Assembly: GCA_051747585.1 (NCBI GenBank)
Contig: JBNJGH010000004.1
Location: forward strand, 6,852-70,851
From: Candidatus Rifleibacteriota bacterium
GTDB taxonomy: Bacteria > Muiribacteriota > Ozemobacteria > Ozemobacterales > Ozemobacteraceae
Reading direction: 5' to 3'
Length of the DNA: 64,000 bases
Positions 35,958 to 45,547 of the stretch are shown piece by piece. Positions within the stretch are counted from its first letter, which is position 1. Every line of letters starts with the position of its first letter. The position numbers and the translations under genes were made by a program. The notes under the pieces were generated by a model, which was not told the DNA's origin, made no database searches, and saw nothing but the letters and a program-made list of their open reading frames with translations.

Positions 35958-37037
35958 ATGGCCGGCTATTTGCACAAAGCCCTTATTATCAGTTTTTTCG
36001 GCAGCTTATTTGTCAGCGCAAACCTTTTTGCCGAACAGAAATGCGCAATTCCAATTGAGCCGACCTATCCTGCAGACAAGGCATTAACAGCCTATGAACA
36101 AGGCTATAATAGTTACCGGGAAGGGCAATTCGATAAAGCACGTGAATTTTTTATCACTGCTCTAAAGCACGAGCCAAACCTTTTGAAGGCCCATTACTGG
36201 CTGGGAAAGCTTTACCGCGAAGCCGGGCAACTCGAAAGTGCAATTTTTCACTGGGAGGAAGTTGAAAGGTTAAACCGCCTCATCAACTATAGAAGAACTG
36301 CCTTAAAAGTGCAAAACAATGAGTATCCGGCTCACAAACAAATATTGAAAACAATAAAATCGCGTAATGATGCTCAAGACCATTTTGAAAAAGGACTTCA
36401 TCTTCTTGATAGAGGACACTGGGATGGTGCGGAAGTTGAAGTAAGAGAAGCCGTAAGACTTTATCCTGGCAATCGGCAATATCTACTTACTCTTGCCCGC
36501 ATTCTCTGGGATAAAAATGAAATCTCTGCAAGCATAAAATTTTATCGCACCCTATTAAGCATTCACAATGTTTCTTACGAAGATTTCAAAGAAGGCACAA
36601 AAAAGATGTTTGAAGCAGATATGCAATATGTTGCAGCACCATTGGTATTGAAACACAAATCTCGCTTTTCTAAAATGCCGGGATTTGATAAAATTTGTCA
36701 TCATTTTGCTGAAGAATTAAAAACCGACATTGTTTCGGCCGGAAAAATTGTCAGCAAACATAATGGACAGGTGGTTGTAGATATCGGTTTTGAAGACGGT
36801 ATAAATCTTAATGATGAATACAGTTTGAAGCTTAGAGCATTTAAGCCAGGTAGTGCCATAATCGACCCCGATTCAGGTAAAACTATCGGTCGAACCAACG
36901 ATCGTGCAACCGCCGATTTGTTAGTTACGAAAGTAAACAGAAAATCAAGCTGGGCTCTAATAAAACGAGAAATGGGCCCGGGGCTGAAAGCAGGTGACCT
37001 GATTGAAATCAAAAAAACAATCCGAACAAGGCATTAA
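35958..37037 (+). CDS. Exported TPR protein with a FlgT-C-like C-terminal beta-domain (start moved to ATG 35958)
   Basis: Signal peptide, TPRs, then GKIV...GQVVVDIG..DG..L.D......IIDPDSGKTIG......L.V.KV..KSSWA.I......LKAGD.I. Confidence 0.65.
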   Translation: MAGYLHKALIISFFGSLFVSANLFAEQKCAIPIEPTYPADKALTAYEQGYNSYREGQFDKAREFFITALKHEPNLLKAHYWLGKLYREAGQLESAIFHWEEVERLNRLINYRRTALKVQNNEYPAHKQILKTIKSRNDAQDHFEKGLHLLDRGHWDGAEVEVREAVRLYPGNRQYLLTLARILWDKNEISASIKFYRTLLSIHNVSYEDFKEGTKKMFEADMQYVAAPLVLKHKSRFSKMPGFDKICHHFAEELKTDIVSAGKIVSKHNGQVVVDIGFEDGINLNDEYSLKLRAFKPGSAIIDPDSGKTIGRTNDRATADLLVTKVNRKSSWALIKREMGPGLKAGDLIEIKKTIRTRH

Positions 37038-37479
37038 AATAATTGCAGCAAACCGTAAAGCGCATCACGACTATTTTATTATTGATAAACTGGAAGTTGG
37101 CATTGCTTTACTAGGTTCTGAACTTAGACCATGCCGTGAAGGCAGAGTTGCTTTAAAAGACTCCTATGTTGAAGAAGAAAAAGGTCAACTCTGGTTACAC
37201 GATATGCATATAGGTTCAAACAAATATTCCAATATAAATGACCATGAGTCTGAAAGAAAACGCAGGCTTCTGGCTCACAAACGACAAATTTTAAAATTTG
37301 GCCAGAAAGTGAAAACCTCAGGCATGACCATGGTACCACTTAAAATCTATTTCAAGCGGGGCAAAGTTAAACTTGAAATTGCACTGGTTAAAGGCAAGGC
37401 ACGCTATGACAAACGTGCGGCTATTGCCAAAAAAGATGCCCAAAGAGACATGGAAAGAGAACTTGGAGGACGGTTCTAA
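37003..37479 (+). CDS. smpB: SsrA-binding protein SmpB
   Basis: NRKA.HDY.I....E.GI.L.G.E, R.R.LL.HK.QI, T.VPL..YFK.G.VK.EI.L.KGK..YDKR. Confidence 0.95.
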   Translation: MKSKKQSEQGIKIIAANRKAHHDYFIIDKLEVGIALLGSELRPCREGRVALKDSYVEEEKGQLWLHDMHIGSNKYSNINDHESERKRRLLAHKRQILKFGQKVKTSGMTMVPLKIYFKRGKVKLEIALVKGKARYDKRAAIAKKDAQRDMERELGGRF

Positions 37480-39047
37480 TGCTTTCAAAAATTAAGAATC
37501 TGCAGGCACGTCTTTTTTTCAGCCTGTTATTGATTATTCTTCTGGCTCTACCAACAACCGGCCAGGATGGATTTATCAGTGCAAGAAAATTTGCAGAATC
37601 CCAGGGTATCTCCTACCAGTGGTTCCCAATTCAAAAAATGCTGGTAATGCGCCAGGGCCTCAAGACTGTAAAAGTCTCTGTAAACAAATTAGAAGCCAAA
37701 GCCGGCGGCAAAACAATTTATCTGCCGGCAGCTCCGGTTATTCGAGAGGGTCAGGTAATGGTTCCTGCTACTGCGCTGGTTAAAATTTTCAGCGGTGATT
37801 TAGAAGCTTTTTCCAAGCCACCGGCAAGTATTCAAAACCAGAAACAAAATCAGCTTGATAACCAACCCCCATCGATAAAACCACCTACCCAGACAACTCC
37901 TCAGCCAGAGCCAGAATCAGAACCCAAACCAGGAGCTCCTGCAGGTGACAAAGCAGTCCTTGTGGCCTTGAGGCATTCTGTCAGAGAAGATCATACCAGA
38001 GTTGTTCTTGAATTTAACAAAGTAGTAACTTTTAAAGGCAGTCTTAAAGATAACACTTACAAACTGACCATTAGCGGGTGCAAAAATCTTATTCCGCGAC
38101 GACGCTCAAACCCGGTCGGACGCGACATTAAAAAGCTGGATATTAACAGCGGACCAGACCGGGAAGGACTAATTCTGACCTTTAAATTAGCTCAAACAAA
38201 AAATATCCCCCGAATTGAAACTGTTAACGATCCATTTAGAATGATTGTCAATTTTTATGATTCGTCTGAAAAATCCTTACAAGCCACAGCTACAAGTCAA
38301 ATTTCTTCTTTACCTGAAAAAGAAGAAGAAGAAACCCAAAAGGTAGTGCCTAACGAAGAAGCTCCTGAAATTAATATTGAAGTACCCCTGGCAAGTCTCA
38401 AACAGGAAAGCTTTAAAAACCGAACTATAGTAATAGATGCAGGTCATGGCGGAGACGATTTGGGCTATACATACCCCGGTAGAATTCCCGAAAAAGAAAT
38501 AACTCTTTCAATAGCCAAAAATCTTGCTGAAACACTTAAAGAGATTGGTTTAAACTCTGTTTTAACCCGCAACAAAGACGTTAGTCTCAGTCATTCGCAA
38601 AGAATTTCTCTGGCTAATCGCTATGGCTCCGACCTTTTTGTTTCAATACATGTCGGTGGCTCAAAAAGTCCTGATAAAAGTGGGGTCGCCACTTTTATTT
38701 ACGACAAAACCGGCACCTATATTGCCGAAAACTCAAAACCCTTAAGCGAAAATACGATTTACAAAGAGTGGCTTAAAAATACCAGATTTGATCTAGCAAA
38801 TTTTCTTGCCAGACAAGTTAATCAGCAGCTCATTAAGCATCTTAAAGTTAAAAATCGAGGAATACAAAAATTACCTCTTTTGCCATTAAAATATATTATG
38901 AATCCGGCTATTCTGGTTGAAGTCGGGATGCTTTCGGAACAAACTGAAGGCAAAAACCTGCTGAGCAAAAATTATCACCAGGCTATTGCTCGCAGCATAG
39001 CAAATGGTGTTGTAGACTTTTTTAACGGCATAGTAATAAAACCCTGA
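37479..39047 (+). CDS. N-acetylmuramoyl-L-alanine amidase (Amidase_3) with N-terminal Cu-amine-oxidase-N-like and AMIN-like domains
   Basis: IVIDAGHGG, EKEITL, LFVSIH, PAILVEVG zinc/catalytic residues intact; signal peptide. Confidence 0.9.
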   Translation: MLSKIKNLQARLFFSLLLIILLALPTTGQDGFISARKFAESQGISYQWFPIQKMLVMRQGLKTVKVSVNKLEAKAGGKTIYLPAAPVIREGQVMVPATALVKIFSGDLEAFSKPPASIQNQKQNQLDNQPPSIKPPTQTTPQPEPESEPKPGAPAGDKAVLVALRHSVREDHTRVVLEFNKVVTFKGSLKDNTYKLTISGCKNLIPRRRSNPVGRDIKKLDINSGPDREGLILTFKLAQTKNIPRIETVNDPFRMIVNFYDSSEKSLQATATSQISSLPEKEEEETQKVVPNEEAPEINIEVPLASLKQESFKNRTIVIDAGHGGDDLGYTYPGRIPEKEITLSIAKNLAETLKEIGLNSVLTRNKDVSLSHSQRISLANRYGSDLFVSIHVGGSKSPDKSGVATFIYDKTGTYIAENSKPLSENTIYKEWLKNTRFDLANFLARQVNQQLIKHLKVKNRGIQKLPLLPLKYIMNPAILVEVGMLSEQTEGKNLLSKNYHQAIARSIANGVVDFFNGIVIKP

Positions 39048-39058
39048 GGAGATAAAGA

Positions 39059-39700
39059 ATGGCAGCAAAAAAATCATCACGCCGCAATCAGGAAACAATT
39101 CTCTTCATTTTAATGGGCCTGATAATTATCGGGCTGATTATTTCCGGTTATTTTCTGTTTGTAAAAAAAATTCTTCCCGGTCTGGCCGAAAAGAATCAAT
39201 TACAAACCGTAAATTCAGATATCGTAGACGATCAAGACGAAAACACTAAAGCCAACTCAATCTTTATATCAGATGAAAATGCACAAATGCTTACCCTTTA
39301 TTTTCCAGATAAAGAACAAGATGGCCTGATTACCGAAAGTCGCAGAGTAAGAAAAACTAAGATGCTTACTTCTCAGGCTAAACAGGTAATAAATGAAGTG
39401 CTCAGAGGTCCCGACAACCCAGAGCTTTATTCGCCACTGCCACCGGATCTAAAGCTTAGAGGAATCTTTTTTGAATCGGGAGTTTTCTTTATCGACCTCG
39501 ACAAGGAATTCAAGCTTTTAAGTCGAACAGGCGCAGCTGAACAGCTGCTGGGAGTATATTCTATTGTTAACTCCTTAACGGAACTTGATCCAAATGCCAG
39601 GATAAGGTTTTTGATCGATGGACGTGAACCAGAGGGCGAATACGGTCACCTCGATCTTTCTTCACCTTTAAGCAGACTTCAAGAACTTGTAACCAAATAA
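39059..39700 (+). CDS. GerMN-domain membrane protein
   Basis: TM, LTLYF, L..E.R, INEVLRGP, E.L.VYSIVNSLTEL, RFLIDG. Confidence 0.85.
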   Translation: MAAKKSSRRNQETILFILMGLIIIGLIISGYFLFVKKILPGLAEKNQLQTVNSDIVDDQDENTKANSIFISDENAQMLTLYFPDKEQDGLITESRRVRKTKMLTSQAKQVINEVLRGPDNPELYSPLPPDLKLRGIFFESGVFFIDLDKEFKLLSRTGAAEQLLGVYSIVNSLTELDPNARIRFLIDGREPEGEYGHLDLSSPLSRLQELVTK

Positions 39701-39710
39701 CGGTAAAAGA

Positions 39711-39749
39711 AAAAACCCCGGGTTTAACAATTTTAAACCCGGGGTTTTT
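39711..39749. terminator. Bidirectional intrinsic terminator
   Basis: aaaaaccccgggtttaa-caatt-ttaaacccggggttttt, 17-bp perfect stem between convergent genes. Confidence 0.9.
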
Positions 39750-39767
39750 GTTTTTAACTTAAAAAAA

Positions 39768-40127
39768 TCAGCCACCAAATGTAGATGAAGCACATCCATG
39801 CTTTGAACAAAAAACTTTTATACCATTGGGCAAGCCATCTTCTGTCCCTTTGACCCAGTCATAAATTCCTTTGGAGGGACAAATCGGAGTTCTTTTGTTA
39901 GACAGGTAGGGCTTAAGGTCTTCTATATTCTCAGGGTATTCTTTGCGATCTATATTGTACAGCTCAGCAGTACGAGTCAACAAGGCAGAATACTCAAAAC
40001 ATTTGGCTTCTCTGGCTTTGTTGCGAGCACGCCTGAAATGCGGCATGGCAATAGCCGCAAGAATGCCGATAATAGCAATAACAATCATTAATTCAATTAG
40101 GGTAAAACCTGTTTTCAGCTTTTTCAT
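39768..40127 (-). CDS. Type IV pilin / pseudopilin with class III signal peptide
   Basis: KTG|FTLIELMIVIAIIGILAAIAMP (cleavage site, Glu5). Confidence 0.92.
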   Translation of the reverse strand: MKKLKTGFTLIELMIVIAIIGILAAIAMPHFRRARNKAREAKCFEYSALLTRTAELYNIDRKEYPENIEDLKPYLSNKRTPICPSKGIYDWVKGTEDGLPNGIKVFCSKHGCASSTFGG

Positions 40128-40247
40128 AATTTTTCTCTTCCCGAATTATACAACCTGTAGAAATATTTTGCAAATTAATTCTAATTGCATTATAGTATAT
40201 CGTAGAATTTATCGTTCAATTTTGACAAAAAGGATAGTTCTTTGTTC

Positions 40248-41156
40248 ATGAAATTTTATAAAAAGGCACTGCTGGCATTTTCATTGCTGGCGTTAATTTT
40301 TTCCACCGGTTGTGTTCCTGACAAATTTCAGTTTGTTGAAGAAATTGGCTCTTCGGGCACAGGCAGGGGACAATTCCTTAGTGCCACTGATCTTGACCTG
40401 ACCAAAGAAGGCAACCTTGTCGTATGCGACAACGGGAATACCAGATACCAGATAATAACCCCCGAAGGCACAGTAAAGATTACCGCCGGGGAACAAGGCC
40501 GTGAAGGCTACAAAATTCATGGTATGGGTGGCCTTGGCGTAAATCATTTAACCAATGATGTCTGGGTTTGCGATCAACGTGGCAATAAGCTTGTCAGATT
40601 TGACCCAACCGGCGACCCTAACCTGAAAGTCACCGCGGAAATGAAATATCCCCTTGACGTGGCGATCGACAGGGCGGGTAACGCCTATGTAATAATGTCT
40701 AAATTGCCATACATCTATAAATATGATTCTTATGGCAATTTCGTAAATAAGATTGGTGGAACAGGCAAAGCCGCTCTTCTATTTCCCACCTCCATACTTA
40801 TTCATGATAAAAACATTTTCATAGCAGATTTTGGTGGCAAGCGCATCGTTCAACTTAATTTATCGGGCGAGTTTGTAAAAGAATATAAAAGAAAGGGTGA
40901 ATATGAAGCAATGAAAGGCCCTTCCGGTCTTCATATAGATAAAGAAGGAAACCTTTACATTCTTGACCTTGGTGAAGTTCCAGTTGTTCTGCTTTCACAC
41001 GATGGAGAACTGATTTCGAAAATTGGAGATTTCGGCAATGAAAAAGGTCGGTTTATTTACCCGACTGGTGTCGTTGCAAAATCAAATGATGAGATCTTTG
41101 TTCTTGATAACAGCCGAAATACGATTTTAAGATTTAAAAAGAAACCAGAGAAATAG
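40248..41156 (+). CDS. NHL-repeat beta-propeller lipoprotein
   Basis: Lipobox FSTGC; repeated P.D/G.A.D..G..Y..D.GN.R. Confidence 0.85.
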   Translation: MKFYKKALLAFSLLALIFSTGCVPDKFQFVEEIGSSGTGRGQFLSATDLDLTKEGNLVVCDNGNTRYQIITPEGTVKITAGEQGREGYKIHGMGGLGVNHLTNDVWVCDQRGNKLVRFDPTGDPNLKVTAEMKYPLDVAIDRAGNAYVIMSKLPYIYKYDSYGNFVNKIGGTGKAALLFPTSILIHDKNIFIADFGGKRIVQLNLSGEFVKEYKRKGEYEAMKGPSGLHIDKEGNLYILDLGEVPVVLLSHDGELISKIGDFGNEKGRFIYPTGVVAKSNDEIFVLDNSRNTILRFKKKPEK

Positions 41157-41190
41157 TTTTCAACCCGAATCTTTCTAATTAACTACTTTT

Positions 41191-42219
41191 ATGAAAACTT
41201 TGCGAAACCTTCTTTTAATATTTATTTTTGTTGCTTTATGTTTCGCCGGTTTCCTTGGCGGAGCCTTTTTATGGCTGCGAGACATGTCCGCTCCTGCTCC
41301 CACCAGAGTAGAAAGTAAAATTTTTGTTTCCCCCGGCAGCAATACCAGGCAAATTGCCGCAACTTTAAAAGAACAAAATGTCATTAGAAGCGCTTTGTTA
41401 TTTCAACTCTATATCAGGGCTCTTGCCGTAGACCACAGACTCAGACCCGGCTCATACAGTTTTTCGCCTGGAGAAACCCTCAATCAGGTTGTTTTCAAGC
41501 TCTTGCAGGGCACCCGCAAATCTACCTATGTAACCATACCTGAAGGAATAACCAACAAGGACGTTGCGGCTATCTTACAAAATGCAGGCATATGCAATGC
41601 GGTTTCCTTTTTGGAAGCCGCCTCAGACCCTCTGTTAACCGGAGAAATCTTCTCCGACTGGGATCTGATACCAGCTGGCGAAGGCCTTCTTTTTCCCGAT
41701 ACTTACAATTTCAATCGCCCGACACCGGCACGAAAAGTAGCCGAGCAAATGCTCAAGCTTACCAATCATCAAGTAGAGCGGATTTTTGCAGACCGGAAAC
41801 TACAGCATGGACTTACTCCCTATCAAGGTTGCATACTTGCTTCTATTGTAGAAAAAGAAGCTGCAAAAAACGACGAACGCAAAAAAATAGCCTCAGTATT
41901 TTTGAACCGGCTGAAAAAGAACATTAAACTTGAATCATGTGCAACTGTACTCTATGCACATGGAACTCACAAAAAAAGGTTACTGTACGAAGATTTAAAA
42001 ATTGATTCTCCATACAACACCTATTTACAATCAGGTCTCCCGCCCACACCTATATCGAATTTTGGTGCAGCTTCACTGCGTGCTGTTGCAAATCCTGCAG
42101 AAACAGACTTCCTTTATTTTGTTGCAGATGGTAAACAAGGACATAGATTTTCAAAAAGCCTCAAAGATCACAATAAGAATAAAAATAAGTATCTAAGACA
42201 AATGAAAAGGAAAAATTGA
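41191..42219 (+). CDS. mltG: Endolytic transglycosylase MltG
   Basis: TIPEG, EGLLFPDTY, LASIVEKEA, VF.NRL.K...LESCAT, SPYNTY...GLPP.PI.N.G. Confidence 0.94.
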   Translation: MKTLRNLLLIFIFVALCFAGFLGGAFLWLRDMSAPAPTRVESKIFVSPGSNTRQIAATLKEQNVIRSALLFQLYIRALAVDHRLRPGSYSFSPGETLNQVVFKLLQGTRKSTYVTIPEGITNKDVAAILQNAGICNAVSFLEAASDPLLTGEIFSDWDLIPAGEGLLFPDTYNFNRPTPARKVAEQMLKLTNHQVERIFADRKLQHGLTPYQGCILASIVEKEAAKNDERKKIASVFLNRLKKNIKLESCATVLYAHGTHKKRLLYEDLKIDSPYNTYLQSGLPPTPISNFGAASLRAVANPAETDFLYFVADGKQGHRFSKSLKDHNKNKNKYLRQMKRKN

Positions 42220-42222
42220 TTA

Positions 42223-43047
42223 ATGCGCAATTTCGTTAAATTCCTGGCTGTTCTTATTATCCTTCTAACTGCAAGAGGTATTTCTCAAGCCGAAAACTTA
42301 TCTACTAACCGAATAATTTCATTGGTTCCTTCTCATACCGAGCTTCTTTATGCTATTTCAAGCGGTCACGAAATTGTGGGCGTTTCAGACTACTGCAATT
42401 ATCCCCCCGAAGTTTTAAACAAACCAAAAATTGGAGGGCTTCAGCTCAACATTGAGCAAATTCTATCTTTACGCCCCACTCTGCTGCTTGATCTCAACTC
42501 TATGAATAAGCGCTATGAAATGATTTTTCGCCAGTTAGGACTCAATTACGTTAATATAGAAATTAACAAGTTATCTGACATACCTGCTGCAGCCAAAAGA
42601 ATTGCAAAAATTCTCGGATACCCAAAAAGAAGCACTAAATTTCTAGAGGAATGGAATAAAAAAATTGTCAATTTAACCGCAAACCTGCCCAAAAAATCTC
42701 CGACCATCTATCTGGAAATATGGGATAAACCCATGCAGGCGGCCGGACCGGTAAGCTTCATGGGCAGGCTTCTTAAAGCCGCCGGCGCAACCAATGCCAT
42801 TAAACAAAAGACAGATTATCCGGTAGTTAATTCAGAGCATATCATTTCAGCCAATCCCGACATAATTCTCTTAGCTTATCCACTACCCGATCTTGAATCG
42901 GTATTAAGCAGACCTGGCTGGCAAAACATTACTGCTGCCAAAAATAAGCATATATTTTCTTTGAACCAGGATCTATTTGTAAGACCAGGCCCCAGAAATC
43001 TTCAGGGCCTCGAAAACCTGAAAAAAATTATTGAACAGTGTAAATAA
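42223..43047 (+). CDS. Helical-backbone metal-receptor SBP (BtuF-like, cobalamin/iron chelate)
   Basis: RIISLVPSHTE.LYAI, VGVSDYCNYP, NIEQIL.L.P.L, RPGPR. Confidence 0.85.
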   Translation: MRNFVKFLAVLIILLTARGISQAENLSTNRIISLVPSHTELLYAISSGHEIVGVSDYCNYPPEVLNKPKIGGLQLNIEQILSLRPTLLLDLNSMNKRYEMIFRQLGLNYVNIEINKLSDIPAAAKRIAKILGYPKRSTKFLEEWNKKIVNLTANLPKKSPTIYLEIWDKPMQAAGPVSFMGRLLKAAGATNAIKQKTDYPVVNSEHIISANPDIILLAYPLPDLESVLSRPGWQNITAAKNKHIFSLNQDLFVRPGPRNLQGLENLKKIIEQCK

Positions 43048-43068
43048 TCTACCCGACAGAGGAGCACC

Positions 43069-44280
43069 ATGGGTAAACATAAACTTTTAATTCTTTTAGC
43101 TTTAACCTTTTTACTTTGCTTTAAATATGGCGCTCTCTACAGTCAGACCTCCGGCAAAATGTGGGCCAAGCTCGAATTTGTTGCCTCTGAAACTGCATGT
43201 TTCAGTTTTAACCTTCCTCAAAATGGCTGTGTTTCTTTTATAACAAATGTTCCGGGTCGTAAGCAGGTCGATCGCATCTGGGGCCCCAGATATATGAAAA
43301 AAGGAACCTATAAGCTAAGATTTCCCGCCTCTCGTATAATCAATCGGCAAGGTTTTATCGAGCTTTTCAATATTGAAATCGAACCAGACCTTATTATTGG
43401 CAGGCGTGGCAACGGTGAGCGACAGTTTGTTTCACCCCGCGGCATTGATTGGGATGAAAACCGTAAAGAGCTTTTTGTTGCTGACACCGGTAACGATCGC
43501 ATTATAAGGCTCAACAGCGATGGCCGTTTTATTGCCAGCCATGGAGGTTTTGGACTTACTTTTGGCGAAAACAACGAAGAGCGCGAAGACAGCCTTGATT
43601 CGCCATACGATGTAACTTCCGGCGGTTTTTCTGACTTTTATATTTCAGATCAGAATAATTACCGCGTCTGCATTTTCGATTCATATCAAAGCTATAAAGG
43701 CAACCTTTATCCAAATGATCAAGCAAGACGGAATCGTCTTGATAGACCAAGAGGTATAAAAAATGATTACGAAAATAACCTCTGGCTTGTTGATGGCAGA
43801 GCAGATAAAGTAATCAAAATTTCTTTTACCGGAGACAAACTTCTTGAAATAGGAGGTTTCGGTTATAGTTCATTACAGTTAAAAGATCCTACCCAGGTCG
43901 ATGTAGATATTCACGGTGAAATATTTATCGCCGACCGGGGAAATGGTAGAATTGCAATCTTTGATCGTCTTGGTTCCTTCAAGAAAACTTTGAAGAATCA
44001 TCTAAAATCTCCTTGCGGTGTTGCAATCGACCCGGATGGACTAATACTTATATGTGACGACAGAACTAATGAACTTGGCTTATATACAAACAGAGGCACC
44101 AGGCTGGCTTATCTGAACCAGGCTGTAGATCAAAGTCCTTTTAGACGCCCTTCTGATATTGCAGTCAATGACAAATACATTTTTGTAGCTGACTCTGGCA
44201 ACCACCGAATCCTGAGATTCAAGCGCAACAAAACAAGATCCCTTGTCCCTTGGCAAGCGAAGAACCCTGTGTTAGAATAA
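43069..44280 (+). CDS. Exported NHL-repeat protein
   Basis: Signal peptide; PRGI, VADTGNDRI, P.DV, IADRGNGRI, VADSGNHRI repeats. Confidence 0.85.
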   Translation: MGKHKLLILLALTFLLCFKYGALYSQTSGKMWAKLEFVASETACFSFNLPQNGCVSFITNVPGRKQVDRIWGPRYMKKGTYKLRFPASRIINRQGFIELFNIEIEPDLIIGRRGNGERQFVSPRGIDWDENRKELFVADTGNDRIIRLNSDGRFIASHGGFGLTFGENNEEREDSLDSPYDVTSGGFSDFYISDQNNYRVCIFDSYQSYKGNLYPNDQARRNRLDRPRGIKNDYENNLWLVDGRADKVIKISFTGDKLLEIGGFGYSSLQLKDPTQVDVDIHGEIFIADRGNGRIAIFDRLGSFKKTLKNHLKSPCGVAIDPDGLILICDDRTNELGLYTNRGTRLAYLNQAVDQSPFRRPSDIAVNDKYIFVADSGNHRILRFKRNKTRSLVPWQAKNPVLE

Positions 44281-44319
44281 CTACAATAAAATATCCCCAG
44301 TTAGCAGGAGCACAAACTT

Positions 44320-45300
44320 TTGAACAACAGCAGATTTCGCCTGACAGTTTGTATATTACTGAGTTTCGCCATACTTCTTACCATAACCGGATGCAGACGT
44401 CGCAGAAGGTCATATAAGCCTTCAAACAAAATTCAGCTGCCGGATGACATAAAAAATATTTCCATGGAAAAACTAATCCCTAAAACCAGTAAAGTCACCG
44501 GATTATCTAAAAAACAAATATCATCAGATGTAAAAGACGAATACATGTATGGCACCCTTGCAGGTCAATACGGAAAAATTGATACTGCCCTCAAGCATCT
44601 TGAAACAGCTTTGAGAAAAGAACCAAGATTTATTGACGCCCATCACAATCTAGGCCTTGCATATTATCGAAAAGGTAGAGCTGAAGATGCAATAAAAGAG
44701 TGGATCACAACTCTGAGACTAGCACCGAACTATTCTGAAACATATTATAATCTCGCTATTTTCATGTTTGATGTAAATCGGGAAGAAGATGCAATAAAAC
44801 TTTTAAACACCTGCATTAAACATGAGCCCTTTCATCTTAAAGCCAGATTCGCTCTTGGGAAAATTGCTCAGAGAAAGGGAAAAAACAAAGAGGCAATCAG
44901 ACATTTCAGAGCATTCAAAAAGCAGGATGCCGGTGATGTAAGGGTTCGTAGAGCGCTTGGAGAACTTTTTCTGCTCGAAGAACAACACGATGCCTCGTTA
45001 AAAGAATTTGAAGCTGCCGCCCACATAGATAAAGAGGATCCTGAGATTCATTACCAACTGGGCGTAGCTTATCATCGCAGGAACCTGCTTGATCATGCGA
45101 TAGTGAAATATAAACGCGTGACAGAGCTGGATCCAGAGAATGTCGATGCTTATATTAATGTCGGAGACATTTATCTCCACCGCAACGAGTATGCTTCAGC
45201 TCTAGCCGCTTATAATGCAGCTCTAGCCATTTCACCATCTAACAATTATGCAAATCGCAAAGCAAAAATGGCAGAAACCAAACTTCTGGATCTCAAATAA
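44320..45300 (+). CDS. TPR-repeat lipoprotein
   Basis: Lipobox ITGC followed by RRRRR; canonical TPRs. Confidence 0.85.
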   Translation: MNNSRFRLTVCILLSFAILLTITGCRRRRRSYKPSNKIQLPDDIKNISMEKLIPKTSKVTGLSKKQISSDVKDEYMYGTLAGQYGKIDTALKHLETALRKEPRFIDAHHNLGLAYYRKGRAEDAIKEWITTLRLAPNYSETYYNLAIFMFDVNREEDAIKLLNTCIKHEPFHLKARFALGKIAQRKGKNKEAIRHFRAFKKQDAGDVRVRRALGELFLLEEQHDASLKEFEAAAHIDKEDPEIHYQLGVAYHRRNLLDHAIVKYKRVTELDPENVDAYINVGDIYLHRNEYASALAAYNAALAISPSNNYANRKAKMAETKLLDLK

Positions 45301-45301
45301 G

Positions 45302-45547
45302 GTGAAATTAAACAACAATAAAAAGAACTTTTTTAACCCCCTGCGCAAAGCGCAGATGGCAATTTTTGCTGATCGCCTTAAAACATCCCCTGAAAATGCG
45401 TCACTTCTGCTTGAAAATCTGAAATCTGATATAGCAGATATTTTAGAAGTAACCAATACCGGCATCAAAACTTCAACCGAGTTTTACGGTCGCGAATTGG
45501 ACCTTCTGTTTACCATTAACAAACAAAACACACCCAGAAAAAAATGA
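45302..45547 (+). CDS. Small hypothetical protein, possibly a divergent MinE (GTG start 45302)
   Basis: FF...RK....I.ADR..TSPE...LE.LKSDI..I pattern; 4-nt overlap with the radical SAM gene. Confidence 0.4.
   Translation: MKLNNNKKNFFNPLRKAQMAIFADRLKTSPENASLLLENLKSDIADILEVTNTGIKTSTEFYGRELDLLFTINKQNTPRKK

Noticed and set aside
37003..37479. tmRNA (ssrA) next to smpB
   Set aside because: Flanking genes overlap smpB on both sides; no tRNA-like ends found in any intergenic gap
42219..42223. Cobalamin riboswitch before the BtuF-like gene
   Set aside because: Only 3 nt separate it from mltG; there is no room
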